Virus record (IMG/VR): IMGVR_UViG_3300029705_000042
Reading direction: 5' to 3' (one strand)
DNA: 64,000 nucleotides
Source of the DNA: a virus
Taxonomy: Duplodnaviria; Caudoviricetes
Positions 23,140-35,429 of the stretch are shown in pieces. Numbering within the stretch: position 1 is the first letter of the stretch; each line of letters opens with the position of its first letter. Both the position numbers and the translations under genes were made by a program. The notes under the pieces are model-generated. The model saw only the letters and a list, made by a program, of their open reading frames with translations. It was not told the origin of the DNA and made no database searches.

Positions 23140-23206
23140 TATCATAAATTTATATTGTGGTATTTATAGGATAATATAAGGTGTTAGAATAACTGGAGGT
23201 AGAAAA

Positions 23207-23434
23207 ATGAATAAACCACTTACTATGGTTATAAAAGAAACCAAAAATAAATTAGCAAATATCTGCAATGAATCTGGACTTTCGCCTATTGTTTTAGATT
23301 TAATTATGCAAGGAATTTATTCCGAAATTCATTCTCTTGCTGAAAGACAGACAACAGAAGAAGAAGCGGCTTATGTAAAAATGCTTGAAGACGCTTCTAA
23401 GAAAACAGAAGTTGCAGATAAGCACATAGATTAA
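23207..23434 (+). CDS. Hypothetical protein
   Basis: RBS GGAGG; 75 aa. Confidence 0.65.
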   Translation: MNKPLTMVIKETKNKLANICNESGLSPIVLDLIMQGIYSEIHSLAERQTTEEEAAYVKMLEDASKKTEVADKHID

Positions 23435-23490
23435 ACAAAATAATTACTGTGAATTAATAATAAAAACTAATTAAGATTGGTGGAATTTTT

Positions 23491-24207
23491 GTGGTAAAAA
23501 TCGGATTGGATGCGGGTCACGGATTATTGACTTGTGGAAAAGAAACGCCTAACAAAATTAAAGAATGGTCACTCAATGATAAAATTGCGGATAAGATTGC
23601 TTCTATTCTTAAAGATTATGATTGTAAAATTATTCGTACAGATAACAATGAAGGTTATATAGACGAATCTCTATCTTCAAGACTGGCGAAATATAAAGCT
23701 GAAAAAGTTGATGTATTTGTTTCAATTCACCATAATGCTTTTGGTGATGATTGGAATAATGCTACTGGCGTAGAAATATATGTAGATAAAAATGCTACTT
23801 CTAAAGATATGCAACTTGCTAAGTATATATATAATAGGTTGGTTAAATATACGGGTCTTAAAGGTAGGGGTATTAAGAAAGAAAATTTTTATGTTATTAA
23901 TCAAAATGTCATTCCTGCCATCCTTGTGGAAGGGGGATTCATGAATGGGCGTAGTGACTATAAGATTATCACTTCTGATGCTGGGCAAACTGCTTACGCT
24001 AAAGCTGTTGCTGAAGGTCTTATTGAGTTTTTGAAATTAAAAAAGAAGCCTCTCTCCCTTAAGAAATCTCTTGATGATTGGGCGAAAGAGGTTGTTGCTG
24101 GTAAACACGGTAATGGACATACGAAAAGACAAGCTTCTTTGAAAAAAGCTGGTTGTACTTATCCGTATGAAAAGGTAAGAGCAAGAGTTAACGAACTCTT
24201 AAAATAG
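23491..24207 (+). CDS. Endolysin, N-acetylmuramoyl-L-alanine amidase (Amidase_3) with Cpl-7-like C-terminal repeat
   Basis: LDAGHG, E, SIHHNA, ILVEGGFM motifs; AKEVVAGKHGNGHTKRQASL...YEKVRARVNELL. Confidence 0.88.
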   Translation: MVKIGLDAGHGLLTCGKETPNKIKEWSLNDKIADKIASILKDYDCKIIRTDNNEGYIDESLSSRLAKYKAEKVDVFVSIHHNAFGDDWNNATGVEIYVDKNATSKDMQLAKYIYNRLVKYTGLKGRGIKKENFYVINQNVIPAILVEGGFMNGRSDYKIITSDAGQTAYAKAVAEGLIEFLKLKKKPLSLKKSLDDWAKEVVAGKHGNGHTKRQASLKKAGCTYPYEKVRARVNELLK

Positions 24208-24332
24208 TTATTTTATTAACTAATAAATATATATAAACAGAGGGTAAATATAATTTACCCTCCCCCCCCTTACAGACATCTCATATTCCAAAGGTGTCTA
24301 CAAAAAATAATGAAAGGAGACTTGGATGTGAG

Positions 24333-25001
24333 ATGAAAGATGTGGAAATATTAGAGCAATTACTGCAAATAAATTGGTGGTATGTACTCATTGCCATTGT
24401 GATTTTGCTCATTGCTATAAAATTTTTATGGTCTTTGTTTGATTGGATACTTTTTACAAAGCTTGGTATCGAAACGAAAAAAATGAAACAAAGACGAGAA
24501 GAAAGTCAGTTATTAAAAGAGACTTCTGCATTGGCGAGGACTACCGCTGAAAATTTAGATAGACTTCAAAAAAGACATTGCAAAGACGAAGAGGAATTTA
24601 GAAATAGTCTAAATAACTATATGGAAGAAAGTCGAAAAGACCGCAAGGCTTTACATGAGGAAATGACTAATTATTCTGTTAATAGAATTAACGATAGAAA
24701 ACAAAGCTTGGAAATTCAAAAAGAGTTAACCGATTCTCAAAATAAACTAACGGATAAAGTTGATGATATATGCAAAAAGCTTAATGATATGGAAGAAAAA
24801 GAAAATAAGCGTGTACAATCCGAAATAAAAGAGCGAATTGCTCAATCGTATAGGCAATACAATGAAACGAAGCAAATAAGTTCTATGGAACTCGAAGCTT
24901 TAGAAGATTTGATAGAAACATATGAAGCTCATGGTGGAGAAAACTCGTTTGTACATAGTGTTGTTCAAAAGGAAATGTATACTTGGGAAGAAGCTAAATA
25001 A
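24333..25001 (+). CDS. Membrane-anchored coiled-coil protein, possibly holin/lysis-associated
   Basis: N-terminal TM helix; adjacent to endolysin; C-terminal YEAHGGENS. Confidence 0.5.
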   Translation: MKDVEILEQLLQINWWYVLIAIVILLIAIKFLWSLFDWILFTKLGIETKKMKQRREESQLLKETSALARTTAENLDRLQKRHCKDEEEFRNSLNNYMEESRKDRKALHEEMTNYSVNRINDRKQSLEIQKELTDSQNKLTDKVDDICKKLNDMEEKENKRVQSEIKERIAQSYRQYNETKQISSMELEALEDLIETYEAHGGENSFVHSVVQKEMYTWEEAK

Positions 25002-25032
25002 TATACAACAATAAATTAAAGGTGGTGATTAG

Positions 25033-26292
25033 ATGTTAAGAACTACTATAGATATAAATGTTGATTTTTATGATAAGAAATACATACTAATCAACGCCAA
25101 ACAAAATGATAAGAATTCAAGATTTCTTTCGATTACTTGCTATAATCATGGTGTATTTTATCCTATTAATTCTGGCGAACATTCTGCGTATATTAGATAT
25201 AAAAAAGCAGATGAACATAGTGTGTTTAATTTTTGTGAAATAGATAGACACGGAAAAATTATAGTTGAGTTAACAGAACAAATGCTTGCCGTTGATGGAA
25301 TTTGCTATGCGGATTTAGTTATAGTAAATAAAGACGAAGCGGAGGTTAATGCTAATACTGGTGAAATCACTGTAGAGGACGGTTCGGTGCTGTCTACTAT
25401 GACATTCTGCATTGATGTATCAGAAACTGCTGTTGTCAACTCAGAGATTGAATCTTCAGAACAATATCACGGTTTATCTGAACTTTTGATAAAAGCTGAA
25501 GCTGATTATAATAATGTTGTTTTAACGGCTAAATCTTGGGCTGTTGGTGGCACCGACATAAGAGAAGGTGAAAACACCGACAATGCCAAGTATTACGCCC
25601 AACAATCTTCTAATAGCGCCAATAGCTCTGCTTTGAGTGCCACAAGTGCATCTACTAGTGCATCTAAGGCACAAGATTATATGCAAGATGCTCTTTTAAG
25701 TGAACAGAATGCTCAGACATATATGAACAATGCAAAAACATATATGAGCAATGCAAGCGCAAGTGCTGCTGCGGCGGTTACAAGTGCCACTGGAGCAGAA
25801 GCAAGTGAAAATGCTGCCGAGGGTTATTCTGTTAATGCTCAACAAAGTATGAATTCTGCTGCTGGCAGTGCAACTTCTGCAAGTGCAAGTGCTACAGAAG
25901 CGTACAATTATTATCGTCAAGCAGAAGCAATAACCAATGGCTTAAATGGCGCTTTCTTGCCTATGGGCACTATTGAGTACGCTGAGTTGGCAATATTAAA
26001 AGAAAATGGCGCCGTTGGTTCTGGCTATTTATATAATATCAGTAATAATTTTACAACCGATGAATCCTTTAAAGTGGGCGCAGGTGTGGAATATACTGCT
26101 GGCACAAATGTTTATTATACCGCAGATGGCGCTTGGGATTGCCTTGCAGGTGCCACAGTAACTGGTGTTAAAGGCGGTGCAGAGACTGTTTATAGAAAGG
26201 GTAATGTTGATATTACCGTTGAAAATATAGGTGCTATATCTGTTAATAATATAGTCACTGTTGATGAAATGAAAAATTATTTAGGTATATAA
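25033..26292 (+). CDS. BppU-like upper baseplate/tail appendage protein
   Basis: N-terminal AKQNDKNSRFL...ELTEQMLA BppU-like domain; AKSWAVGGT..REGENTDNAKYY; Ala/Ser-rich stalk; VTGVKG.AE..YRKGNV. Confidence 0.7.
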   Translation: MLRTTIDINVDFYDKKYILINAKQNDKNSRFLSITCYNHGVFYPINSGEHSAYIRYKKADEHSVFNFCEIDRHGKIIVELTEQMLAVDGICYADLVIVNKDEAEVNANTGEITVEDGSVLSTMTFCIDVSETAVVNSEIESSEQYHGLSELLIKAEADYNNVVLTAKSWAVGGTDIREGENTDNAKYYAQQSSNSANSSALSATSASTSASKAQDYMQDALLSEQNAQTYMNNAKTYMSNASASAAAAVTSATGAEASENAAEGYSVNAQQSMNSAAGSATSASASATEAYNYYRQAEAITNGLNGAFLPMGTIEYAELAILKENGAVGSGYLYNISNNFTTDESFKVGAGVEYTAGTNVYYTADGAWDCLAGATVTGVKGGAETVYRKGNVDITVENIGAISVNNIVTVDEMKNYLGI

Positions 26293-26311
26293 AGAAAGAG
26301 GTGATTTAGAA

Positions 26312-27013
26312 ATGTATGTGATACTTGTTGAACAAGATAATTCATTATATGGTTCGCACAAAGAGCGCATTATGCATCGTAGTAAGTGTGTTGATAATTT
26401 GATATTTGTTGTTGACCCTATTTATAGAAATACATATGATATGACAAACGCAACTGTAATGCTGGAGTATATTCGACCCATAAGCAAAAAGTATGAAACT
26501 GAGATTCTTGTTCTCTCTGATGAAAGATATAACGGCTTCTTACAATATAAATTGCCTTTTGATACAAACCTTACTTCAGAGCACGGCAGTTTGGAACTCC
26601 AATTGACTTTTGTTTATACAGACCTTGATGCAAATGGCAATAGTATTCAGAGAGTTAGAAAGACTTCTACTACTACCATTGACATAATTCCGATAAGTGC
26701 ATGGAGTGATATTATCCCTGATGCAGCACTTTCAGGATTAGACCAGAGGTTGATTGTTATGAATGCGCAAATTAGAGCCATTGATGAAATGAATCAAGTT
26801 GTTGCCGATAGCAAGGCAGATAATATTAAGTATGATGAAAATGAAAATTCTCTCCAATTATTATCTGGCGATAAAGAAATTGGTAATAAGGTGACATTAA
26901 AGGCTGGCGATGCATCGTTAGACGATGGTGTGCCTGTTGTTGATTTCAATGACATATCAGATGAAGATATTCCTTCTGAAGATACGGACGACGATAATGT
27001 GGTCGAATTTTAA
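26312..27013 (+). CDS. Baseplate/tail-associated protein
   Basis: RBS GAGGTG; lies in the tail module; BppU-like N-terminal domain. Confidence 0.55.
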   Translation: MYVILVEQDNSLYGSHKERIMHRSKCVDNLIFVVDPIYRNTYDMTNATVMLEYIRPISKKYETEILVLSDERYNGFLQYKLPFDTNLTSEHGSLELQLTFVYTDLDANGNSIQRVRKTSTTTIDIIPISAWSDIIPDAALSGLDQRLIVMNAQIRAIDEMNQVVADSKADNIKYDENENSLQLLSGDKEIGNKVTLKAGDASLDDGVPVVDFNDISDEDIPSEDTDDDNVVEF

Positions 27014-27042
27014 AACAAAAATATAAATTAATTGAAAGGAGG

Positions 27043-30000
27043 ATGATGATTTTGAGTTTATCATTCGAAGACTCTCTTAAGAAAAGTGCTACGAACAATA
27101 TTACAACTACAGAATCTAAAAGTATTGAAACAGTTGCTGTAATGAGCGTAGACGAAACAAGCATAGTTAGCCCTTCAATTATGACGCTTGATGAAAGTTA
27201 TGGAATGGCTGCATATTCTGGTGACGATGGAAATTGGCAGCAACATAATGATTATGTGTATTATAGAACTTTCTCTGACGATAATATTTCTATCATTAGT
27301 GATACAAAAGATATTAATCTTGATGGAAAACAGTTTAACATAACTCAAGAAGAAAACTCTCAGTATATACCGTTTGAAATGTCGAGATATTATGACGGCT
27401 ATGATTTGGTCAATGCTGTTATTTCCATTCACTATGAGACTAAGAGCGGACGACACGGTGCTTCTAAGCCGATAAATGTAACTTTTAATGATGAAAAGAT
27501 TAGATTCGGTTGGTTGGTTGACGCTGGTGCAACTCTTGATGCTGGAAAACTTAAATTTGAAATTCACGCTTACGGTACTGTAACAGGTAATGATGGTGAG
27601 GCTAAGAGTTATGTTTGGAAGAGTAAGAGCAATGACACTTTGAATGTGCTTCAATCGTTATGTGATTGTGAAAATGTAGTCAATAACATAGACGATACTT
27701 GGATGCAGGAGTTGATTACAGATGTAGCCGAAAAGGTTGCAGATGAGATTAAAAATGTTGCCGTTGGCGAACAAGTAACGGCTGCTGAAAATGCTGCAGC
27801 AGAAGCCGAAGAGCATGCTAACACTGCAAAACAGTATGCGGAAACCGCATCTACTGCCGCTACCGAAGTTGTTAATCTTGCTTTGAAAGATTATGCTACA
27901 ACAAACTATGTTGACGAAGCGGTTGCTGGCGTTGATGTCACGGAACAGTTGGCGAGTTATGTAAAAACATCTGATTTAGAAACTAATTATTATAATAAGA
28001 CTGATACAGCACAGTTTGTAAACAGCACAATCGAAGAAAAGGGTTTTGCTACAACTGAATATGTGGGTAACGCTATTGCAGAATCCGATATTTCTGATAA
28101 GTTAAATGACTATTATACAAAGACAGAAACTTATAGTAAAACAGAAGTAGATGACGCTCTGAAGAATGTAAGTGTTGATTTAACTGGTTATGCAACTGAG
28201 ACTTATGTAGACAACAAAGTAACCCCTCTTTCTTCTACTATCTCTACCAACACAGAAAATATCTCTTCTTTAAGTACAACAGTTGGCAATTTACAAAGCA
28301 CCGTTAATTCTATAGATACTTCCCCTCGTCTTACTTATGATGTTGAGTATAATGATGTGGAAAATCCTGATGTTGGAGAAAATGTATTCGTTTTTTATGA
28401 GATTGAAAACGAGGGAAAAGAAAACGAAGTAAAAGAAGCCAAGAAGAAATTTACTATTGTTGGAGGCGGTGGCGGTAGTGCCACAAGCAGTTCATTGAAA
28501 ATTGGCTATGTAACCACTTCTCCCCTTGTTGTTACAACAAGCGACGAAGCAATAATTAAATATACTTTCTCTGGCACGGACTCTTCTGGCGATGATGTTC
28601 CCGAAGGAATTGCTACTTGGAAGGTTGCTGGCAGAGTTGTTGCTACAAATACTGCACTTAATGGGGAGAACTCTTTCGATGTTACCGAATATCTTTCTAT
28701 TGGCACTCAAAAGGTCAATTTGTCAATTGTGGACGAAGCTGGCAGCTTGGTCACAAAAACTTGGACGGTACAAAAAATTGATGTCAGACTTGATTCTACA
28801 TTTAATGACAAGATTACTTATCCTATTGGGACAGTTTCTTTTGATTACACTCCTTATGGTGCTGTTTCTAAGGATGTACACTTTATTCTTGATGGTGTAG
28901 AAATTGGCAAAATTACAACTACTTCATCTGGTATTCCTATGGGATATGACATTCCCACCCAGACACATGGTGCTCATCTGTTAGAAGTTTATATAACCGC
29001 CGAGATTAACGGTAACACCATTGAGTCTAATCACATTGTAAAAGACATCATTTGGTACGATAGTACAAGCACTACTCCTGTGATTAGTACTATATATCAA
29101 GACTTTACTGCAAGACAATATGACGCAACTAATATTGAATATACCGTATATGACCCAACAACTGAAACTCCTACTGTGGAAATTGCGGTAGACGGCAATG
29201 TCGTGTCCACACCCACTCTTGATAAAGCAACAAATATCTATTCGTTTAAGACGGATGAAGTTGGAGAACATACTATTACGATTACTTGTGGTGAGACAGT
29301 TAAAACATTAAAGGCTACCATCACAAAGCTGGATATAAATGTAACTCCTGTTACTGCTGGTTTAGTGTTTGATTTCAATCCTTCTGGCAAGGCAAACAAC
29401 GATATTGATAGAGTTTGGTCTAATGATACTGTTTCTATGTCTGTATCCGACAACTTTGACTGGGTGAATGGTGGTTATCAGTATGACGAAAATGGAGACC
29501 AATATTTTTGTATCAAGGCTGGCACTTCTGCAACCATTGATTATCAACTGTTTGCTGACGACGCTAAGAAGAATGGCAAAGAAATGAAGTTGGTGTTTAA
29601 GACAACTAATGTTGCAAAGCCTGACGCTACATTCTTGTCTTGTATGGATAATACAACTGCTTCTGACCATATTGGTATTCAGATGGATGTACACGAAGCA
29701 TATATTTATGGTCAGGCTGGTAAATTAGACCTTGCTTATTCTGAAGAAGATATTATTGAATTTGAATTTAATATTTCTAAGAATACAGAAGCAATCCCTA
29801 TGGTGATGGGATATGAAGATGGTGTGTCTACTCGTCCTATGGTTTATGATGATTCTCATAATTTCACACAGAATACTCCTAAAGTTATATCTTTGGGTTC
29901 AGATGACTGTGATTTGCATATATATAGATTTAAAGTTTATAACACTTCTCTTACTGATAGAGGTATTTTGAATAACTTTATTGCCGATGCTCGTAATGCA

Positions 30001-31257
30001 GAAGAAATGGTTTCTCGTTATGACCGAAATCAGATTTATGACGAAAACCAAAATCTCGACCCTGATGTTCTCGCAGAGAAATGCCCTTGGTTGAGAGTAT
30101 ATAAAATTTCTGCTCCTTACTTTACGAATAATAAGAGTGATAAAGTCCCTAACACAACCATTCAACAAATTTATAAGGGTGGCGACCCTATACTTGACAA
30201 TTGGACTGCTTATAATTCTATGCATAGCGGTCAAGGCACAAGTTCCAATAACTATGGCGCTGCTGGTCGAAACCTTGATTTTATTATGAATAAATCTGGC
30301 ATTGATGGAGTTGAACCTTATTTCAAATTAGGCGATGGAACTGAAACTGACAAGATTACTCTTACTCGTACCTCCGTTCCCGTTGCCTATCTTAATGCCA
30401 AAGTAAATATTGCGTCGTCTAACAACTTGACGAATCCTATGTTGGCAAACAGATATAATGAGTTTAATCCTTATCGTAGACCTTTCGTTAGAGATGAAGG
30501 TGTTGATATAAGTTTCATCAAAGATACAATGGAATTCCATAACTGTGTAATCTTTATTCAGGAAACAAACGAAGACCTGTCTACTCATAGAGAATTTGCG
30601 GATACAGATTGGCATTTTTACGCAATCGGTAATATAGGCGACTCCAAAAAGACTGATAAAACTCGTCTGACTGACATGGACGATAAATATGAATGTTGTG
30701 TAGAAATCATGGATGTTGAGTTGCCCCTTTCTGACTTCCCTGTTGATACAATGTATAATGCAATGGGTTACAAGGAAGATGAAACTACACATGAAAAGAA
30801 GTACATTTGGGCTAAGAATGAAAATCTTGGAATTCTTTATGAAAAGATTAATGGTGAATATGTTCTTACTGAAGATGCCGAAGTTGATTTAACTAAAACT
30901 TATTATGTAGACATCCTTGAGCACGACAACTTTAGCGAAGACTTTACTTATGGCTGGCGTTATTTGTATGAAGGCGACGACGATGAAGAAAACGCTGAAG
31001 TATTCAATTATTGTAAACAAAAGTGGATTGAACTTTATAGATTTATAACCACTTCTACTGATGAAGAGTTTAAGGCTCATATGGGAGACTATGTGGCTAT
31101 TGATTCTATACTTTACTATTATTTGTTTACCACAAGATATTGTATGGTTGATAACCGTGCAAAAAATCTGTTCTTCCATTATGGAAAAACAGGTGAAGTA
31201 GATTCTGAGGGTAATCCTATTAGAAAATGGGATTTAACTTGGGGTTACGATATGGAT
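27043..31257 (+). CDS. Giant multidomain tail protein, exon 1 (true start may be TTG 27052; spliced ~2390 aa)
   Basis: YATE.YV stalk repeats, Ig/LamG-like beta regions, then DNRAKN...WGYDMD interrupted by intron 3. Confidence 0.8.
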
Positions 31258-32406
31258 ATTTAAAGTTTTGTCCATATAAAACTCTCACTAATATACGGCG
31301 AAAACCAAGAGATTGGCAACGCCTTCCAACTATATATTCACAATAGAAAAATATTAAAATTATAAAAAGGAGGTGTGATATGAGTATAGTAATAGACGGG
31401 AAAGAATACTATGGTATAATTTATAAAATTGAAAATACAACGACACATAAAGTGTATATTGGTCAAACAACAAGTCCACGAGGATTTAAAGGGCGTTACA
31501 GGTTTAAAGGGAACGGTATTGAAAGAGTGTATAAGTATTACAAACATTTTCAAGATAGAAATTATTTTTATAACGAACACCTTTTTCGAGCAATAGAAAA
31601 ATATGGATTTGATTCATTCGAAGTTGACGAAATTCATGATGTTGCGTTGTCAAAAGAAGAATTAAACGAAAAAGAAAAATATTATATAGAAAAATATAAT
31701 AGTTTTGAAAAGGGATATAACAATACATATGGTGGCGATAGTTTTCCAAAAGGAAAAAATTGCAAAAATAGTAAGCCAGTTTGCCAAATTGGTTTGGATG
31801 GAAAGCTTATTAAAGTATGGGATAGCGCACAAGAAGCCTCGAATGTTTTAAGAATACCATTTTCCAATATATCAAAAGTGTGTACGGGGCATATAGAACA
31901 CGATGGTAGTAAACAAATAACGGCTGGTGGTTTTGTATGGGTATTTGAAAAAGATTATGACCCGAATAAAAATTATAAAAGAATAACAAATGCACGACCA
32001 GAGAGTAAACAGAGAAAAACTATTTTGCTATTGGACGAAAATGGAAATATCGTTCAAGAATTTTATTCTGGCGAAGAAGCTAGTAAAGCATTGAATATTT
32101 GTAAGCAAACAGTAAGCAATTTGTGCCATCGTAAAAGATTGACAAGAAAATATAATTTAGTTTTTAAAAGTGAATATATAGAGGAACAACGACTGAGCGT
32201 GAGAGAACTTAATGATGAGGTTTCGTTAAGTTATGCAACAGTCTGAACTCACACAATAATCGAAATAACTTTATTAACAATTAAGGTTATAAAAGAAATG
32301 TGAGAGGAATGGTCGAGTGTAAAGACACTCTTGGAAGAACCATTCCCGCCTATCTTTAAATAGATAGGTCGTAATCCGTATGCCTAATACGGATAGTAAC
32401 AGATTG
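31258..32406 (+). mobile_element. Group I intron 3 (1149 nt)
   Basis: P1 ATATGGAT/GTCCATAT with U-G pair; P3 CTCTCAC/GTGAGAG; R AACAACGACTGA; S ATGCAACAGTCT; terminal G32406; splicing gives WGYDMD-TALGLNNYG. Confidence 0.88.
31380..32246 (+). CDS. Intron-encoded GIY-YIG homing endonuclease with NUMOD1 repeats
   Basis: GIIYKIEN...KVYIGQT, E..EKYYI...GYN; RBS AAGGAGGTG; 3' end overlaps the intron R/P8/S elements. Confidence 0.88.
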   Translation: MSIVIDGKEYYGIIYKIENTTTHKVYIGQTTSPRGFKGRYRFKGNGIERVYKYYKHFQDRNYFYNEHLFRAIEKYGFDSFEVDEIHDVALSKEELNEKEKYYIEKYNSFEKGYNNTYGGDSFPKGKNCKNSKPVCQIGLDGKLIKVWDSAQEASNVLRIPFSNISKVCTGHIEHDGSKQITAGGFVWVFEKDYDPNKNYKRITNARPESKQRKTILLLDENGNIVQEFYSGEEASKALNICKQTVSNLCHRKRLTRKYNLVFKSEYIEEQRLSVRELNDEVSLSYATV

Positions 32407-35370
32407 ACGGCTTTAGGTTTAAATAACTATGGTAAGCAAGTTTATAGATATGGTCTTGAAGATACCGATGTTGACGAAAAGGGCGAAGAAGTATTTAGAG
32501 AATCTGACAGCACATTCTTCTGTCGTATTAGAGATTTGTTCTCAGGCGAATTAAAGACAATGTATAATACTCTTGAGTCTAAAAACGCTTGGCATGCCGA
32601 AAGTTTTATTAATAAAGCTGACGAATGGCAAAACCAATTCCCCGAAGAATTGTGGCGTATAGACTGTATACGAAAATACACTCGTACTTATAATTCTTCC
32701 TTTATTAATGGCAAGGGCGACGCTCAGTTCCTTACTAATATGGCGAATGGCAAAATGAAATACCATCGCAGACAATGGGAGCGTAGCCAAGAAAAGTATA
32801 TGGCTTCAAAATATCAAAGCTCTGTTGCTTCTGGTGATAATTCAGTATTTAGATGTAGTGTGCCTAATGGTGATTTGGTTGTTCAGCCCAATTATAGGTT
32901 AAAACTTACACCATATGCGTATATGTACTTGAATGTAAAATATGGTACACAAAATCCAATTCAGTTAAAAGCAGAACCCAACAAAGTATATGAGATACCT
33001 TTTGACGGTGAAAAAGCCGATATTGTTGATGTATATAGCTCTTCTCTTATCCAAGACTTTGGAGACTTGTCTTCTTGTTATGTGGCAACCGCCGATACAA
33101 GTAAGGCAAGCAAGGTAAAGAAATTAATCTTTGGTAATGCAACCGAGGGTTATGATAACCCTAACTTTACTACTCTGACAACTGGTGCAAACTATTTGTT
33201 GGAAGAGTTAAATATAGAAAATGTTTCTGGATTAACACAGTCTTTAAACTTGACAGCATTGAACAACTTGAAGGAATTGTATGCTCACGGTTCTAATATC
33301 GGTGGTGTTACTTTTGCAGATGGTGGTAGAATCGAGATTGCTGAATTGCCAGCAATTAGTGCGCTTAGCATGAAGAATCTAATTTATCTTGCAACGCTTG
33401 ATATTGCAGACTTTAGCAAACTGACCACGCTTACAGTTGAAAATTGCAATACGGTTGATTTACTTACTATCTTAGATAATGCAACCAATATTAATCGTGT
33501 GAGAATTATTGGCATAGATTGGTCTCTTGAAGATACTACTCTCTTAGAGAGATTGTATACAATGAAGGGTATTGACAAGAATGGCTACAATGCCGACCAA
33601 TCTGTGTTAACTGGCAAAGTTCATGTTCCTGTTATTAGACAGCAGCAGTTATACGAATATCAGAATGCTTGGTCTGATTTGGAAATTGTAGCCGATACAA
33701 TTATTGAACAGTTTGCAGTAACCTTTATGAATGCCGATGGCAATGTCTTGGAAGTTCAGTATGTAGATAAGGGCGAAGATGCTGTTGACCCAACAACAAG
33801 AGAAGACAATCCTCTCTCTCCTACTATTGCAAGTACCGTAAGTCATGACTTTACATTTGCAGGATGGGATTCTGCTTTGACAGATGTATTTAGCACAAGG
33901 ATTATCACCGCTCTTTACACTGAGTCACTTAGAAGTTATACAATTAAGTATGTGGCTAAAGGCGTGACGATGCAAGAATCTACTGGTTTGTATGGCGAGA
34001 ATGTGCCTTATACTGGCATCTCTCCGACTTACACCGCAGAAGAGTCTGGTTATGTATACTATCTGTTTAACAGATGGGATAAGAGTGGTTTTATTGACGG
34101 AGAAAAGACTGTCAATGCTATCTTTGATAGATTCGAATATACTGCTACCGCTTTTGATGGTAAGGAGCTTACCGACCTCTCTCCTGTCGAAATATATGCA
34201 ATGAACAAACTTGGAATTGCCGAAAGTGTTATTACAGATAAAGACCCTTACACAATTGTTGTAGGTAATGATGTCAATTATGACGATATTGAATCTGAGT
34301 TGTTGATTTCTGAGAAGACTTACTTCGACGGTTCTAAACATATTGATACTGGCATTCAATTATTTGACGAAGACAAAGATTTTGTATTGGCTATAGATTA
34401 TGAGTTCTTGACTGGCAACAAATCAAATGCTGTGTTGGCTCAGTGTTTCCAAGCAAATGGCACTAATGGATTTAAACTTTGGTATAGTGCGACAAGTGAT
34501 TTTACTGGGGCTAAATTAACTTGGGGCACTACTTCGGATAATGTTGTCGGTATTAATAAGCGTGAAATTATGGTTATTCGTCACAAAAAGGGCGATAATA
34601 ATCTTATTATTTATAAGTCTAATCTTGATGGAGATGCAATTTTAAGTGCTGAATTAGCAAGAACCAAATCTACGACAGGTACAGGTACCTTAGTATTTGG
34701 TTCTGCAAGAGCTGACGATGGTATTTATGAAAACTATGCTATTGGCAATATTAACTGGGCAAAAGTTTGGTATGCTGATTTAGGCGAAGATGTTTGCAAG
34801 GATTTAGCAATGTGGACACACGAATCTATCACTTTAGAGGCTTGTGGATTCAGAAAATACTATTTATCTGACAACACATCTAAGAGATGTTCGTTTAGTT
34901 TGCTTGCTTCGCATTTATTGGGCAGAACGAAGAAATGGAATACAACCAATACTAATATTGGCGGTTGGGAATCTTCTTCTTTGAACACTTCTTTAAATAC
35001 CAGATTGTATAATGCTATGCCTACTCAGATTAAAGAATTGCTTAAAAAAGTAATTGTTTACTCTTCTATTGGTCAGATGTCTACTGAATTAAGCTCTTCT
35101 GATTGTTATATCACAATTCCTGCATTTATCGAAGTAGACCCGACTCAAACATCTGAACCTTACAATAGCGAGGGTACTTCTATCTCTTATTTGAGCACGA
35201 ATGCATCAAGAAAACGAGCATTTGATGGTGGCGACTATGATGCTTATTGGTTGCGTTCTCCTAATGTCGGTTATGCGAATTATATTTGGCGTGTTGACGA
35301 AAATGGTCAGACGCAAGGAATAACTAACGCTACAACTGCTTTGGGCGTATTAATCGAGATATCATTTTAA
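32407..35370 (+). CDS. Giant tail protein, exon 2 (LRR-like region, InlB-B/Flg_new-like repeats, C-terminal WLRSP domain)
   Basis: In frame after intron 3; LEELNIEN..L...LNLT.L.NLKELYA; FTFAGWD; GGWESS...YWLRSP. Confidence 0.8.
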   Translation, partial: TALGLNNYGKQVYRYGLEDTDVDEKGEEVFRESDSTFFCRIRDLFSGELKTMYNTLESKNAWHAESFINKADEWQNQFPEELWRIDCIRKYTRTYNSSFINGKGDAQFLTNMANGKMKYHRRQWERSQEKYMASKYQSSVASGDNSVFRCSVPNGDLVVQPNYRLKLTPYAYMYLNVKYGTQNPIQLKAEPNKVYEIPFDGEKADIVDVYSSSLIQDFGDLSSCYVATADTSKASKVKKLIFGNATEGYDNPNFTTLTTGANYLLEELNIENVSGLTQSLNLTALNNLKELYAHGSNIGGVTFADGGRIEIAELPAISALSMKNLIYLATLDIADFSKLTTLTVENCNTVDLLTILDNATNINRVRIIGIDWSLEDTTLLERLYTMKGIDKNGYNADQSVLTGKVHVPVIRQQQLYEYQNAWSDLEIVADTIIEQFAVTFMNADGNVLEVQYVDKGEDAVDPTTREDNPLSPTIASTVSHDFTFAGWDSALTDVFSTRIITALYTESLRSYTIKYVAKGVTMQESTGLYGENVPYTGISPTYTAEESGYVYYLFNRWDKSGFIDGEKTVNAIFDRFEYTATAFDGKELTDLSPVEIYAMNKLGIAESVITDKDPYTIVVGNDVNYDDIESELLISEKTYFDGSKHIDTGIQLFDEDKDFVLAIDYEFLTGNKSNAVLAQCFQANGTNGFKLWYSATSDFTGAKLTWGTTSDNVVGINKREIMVIRHKKGDNNLIIYKSNLDGDAILSAELARTKSTTGTGTLVFGSARADDGIYENYAIGNINWAKVWYADLGEDVCKDLAMWTHESITLEACGFRKYYLSDNTSKRCSFSLLASHLLGRTKKWNTTNTNIGGWESSSLNTSLNTRLYNAMPTQIKELLKKVIVYSSIGQMSTELSSSDCYITIPAFIEVDPTQTSEPYNSEGTSISYLSTNASRKRAFDGGDYDAYWLRSPNVGYANYIWRVDENGQTQGITNATTALGVLIEISF

Positions 35371-35375
35371 TATAT

Positions 35376-35410
35376 AGAGGGTTTAGGGGATGTTCCCCTG
35401 CCCTCTTTTT
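35376..35410 (+). terminator. Terminator-like hairpin upstream of tnpB
   Basis: AGAGGG..AGGGGATGTTCCCCT.CCCTCT followed by a T run. Confidence 0.6.
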
Positions 35411-35429
35411 ATTGTGAGGTAAATTAATT

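Noticed and set aside
34900-35410. Diversity-generating retroelement (WLRSP-type C-terminal domain followed by a hairpin)
   Set aside because: No reverse transcriptase and no adenine-variant template repeat seen in the window; a remote DGR elsewhere in the genome cannot be excluded
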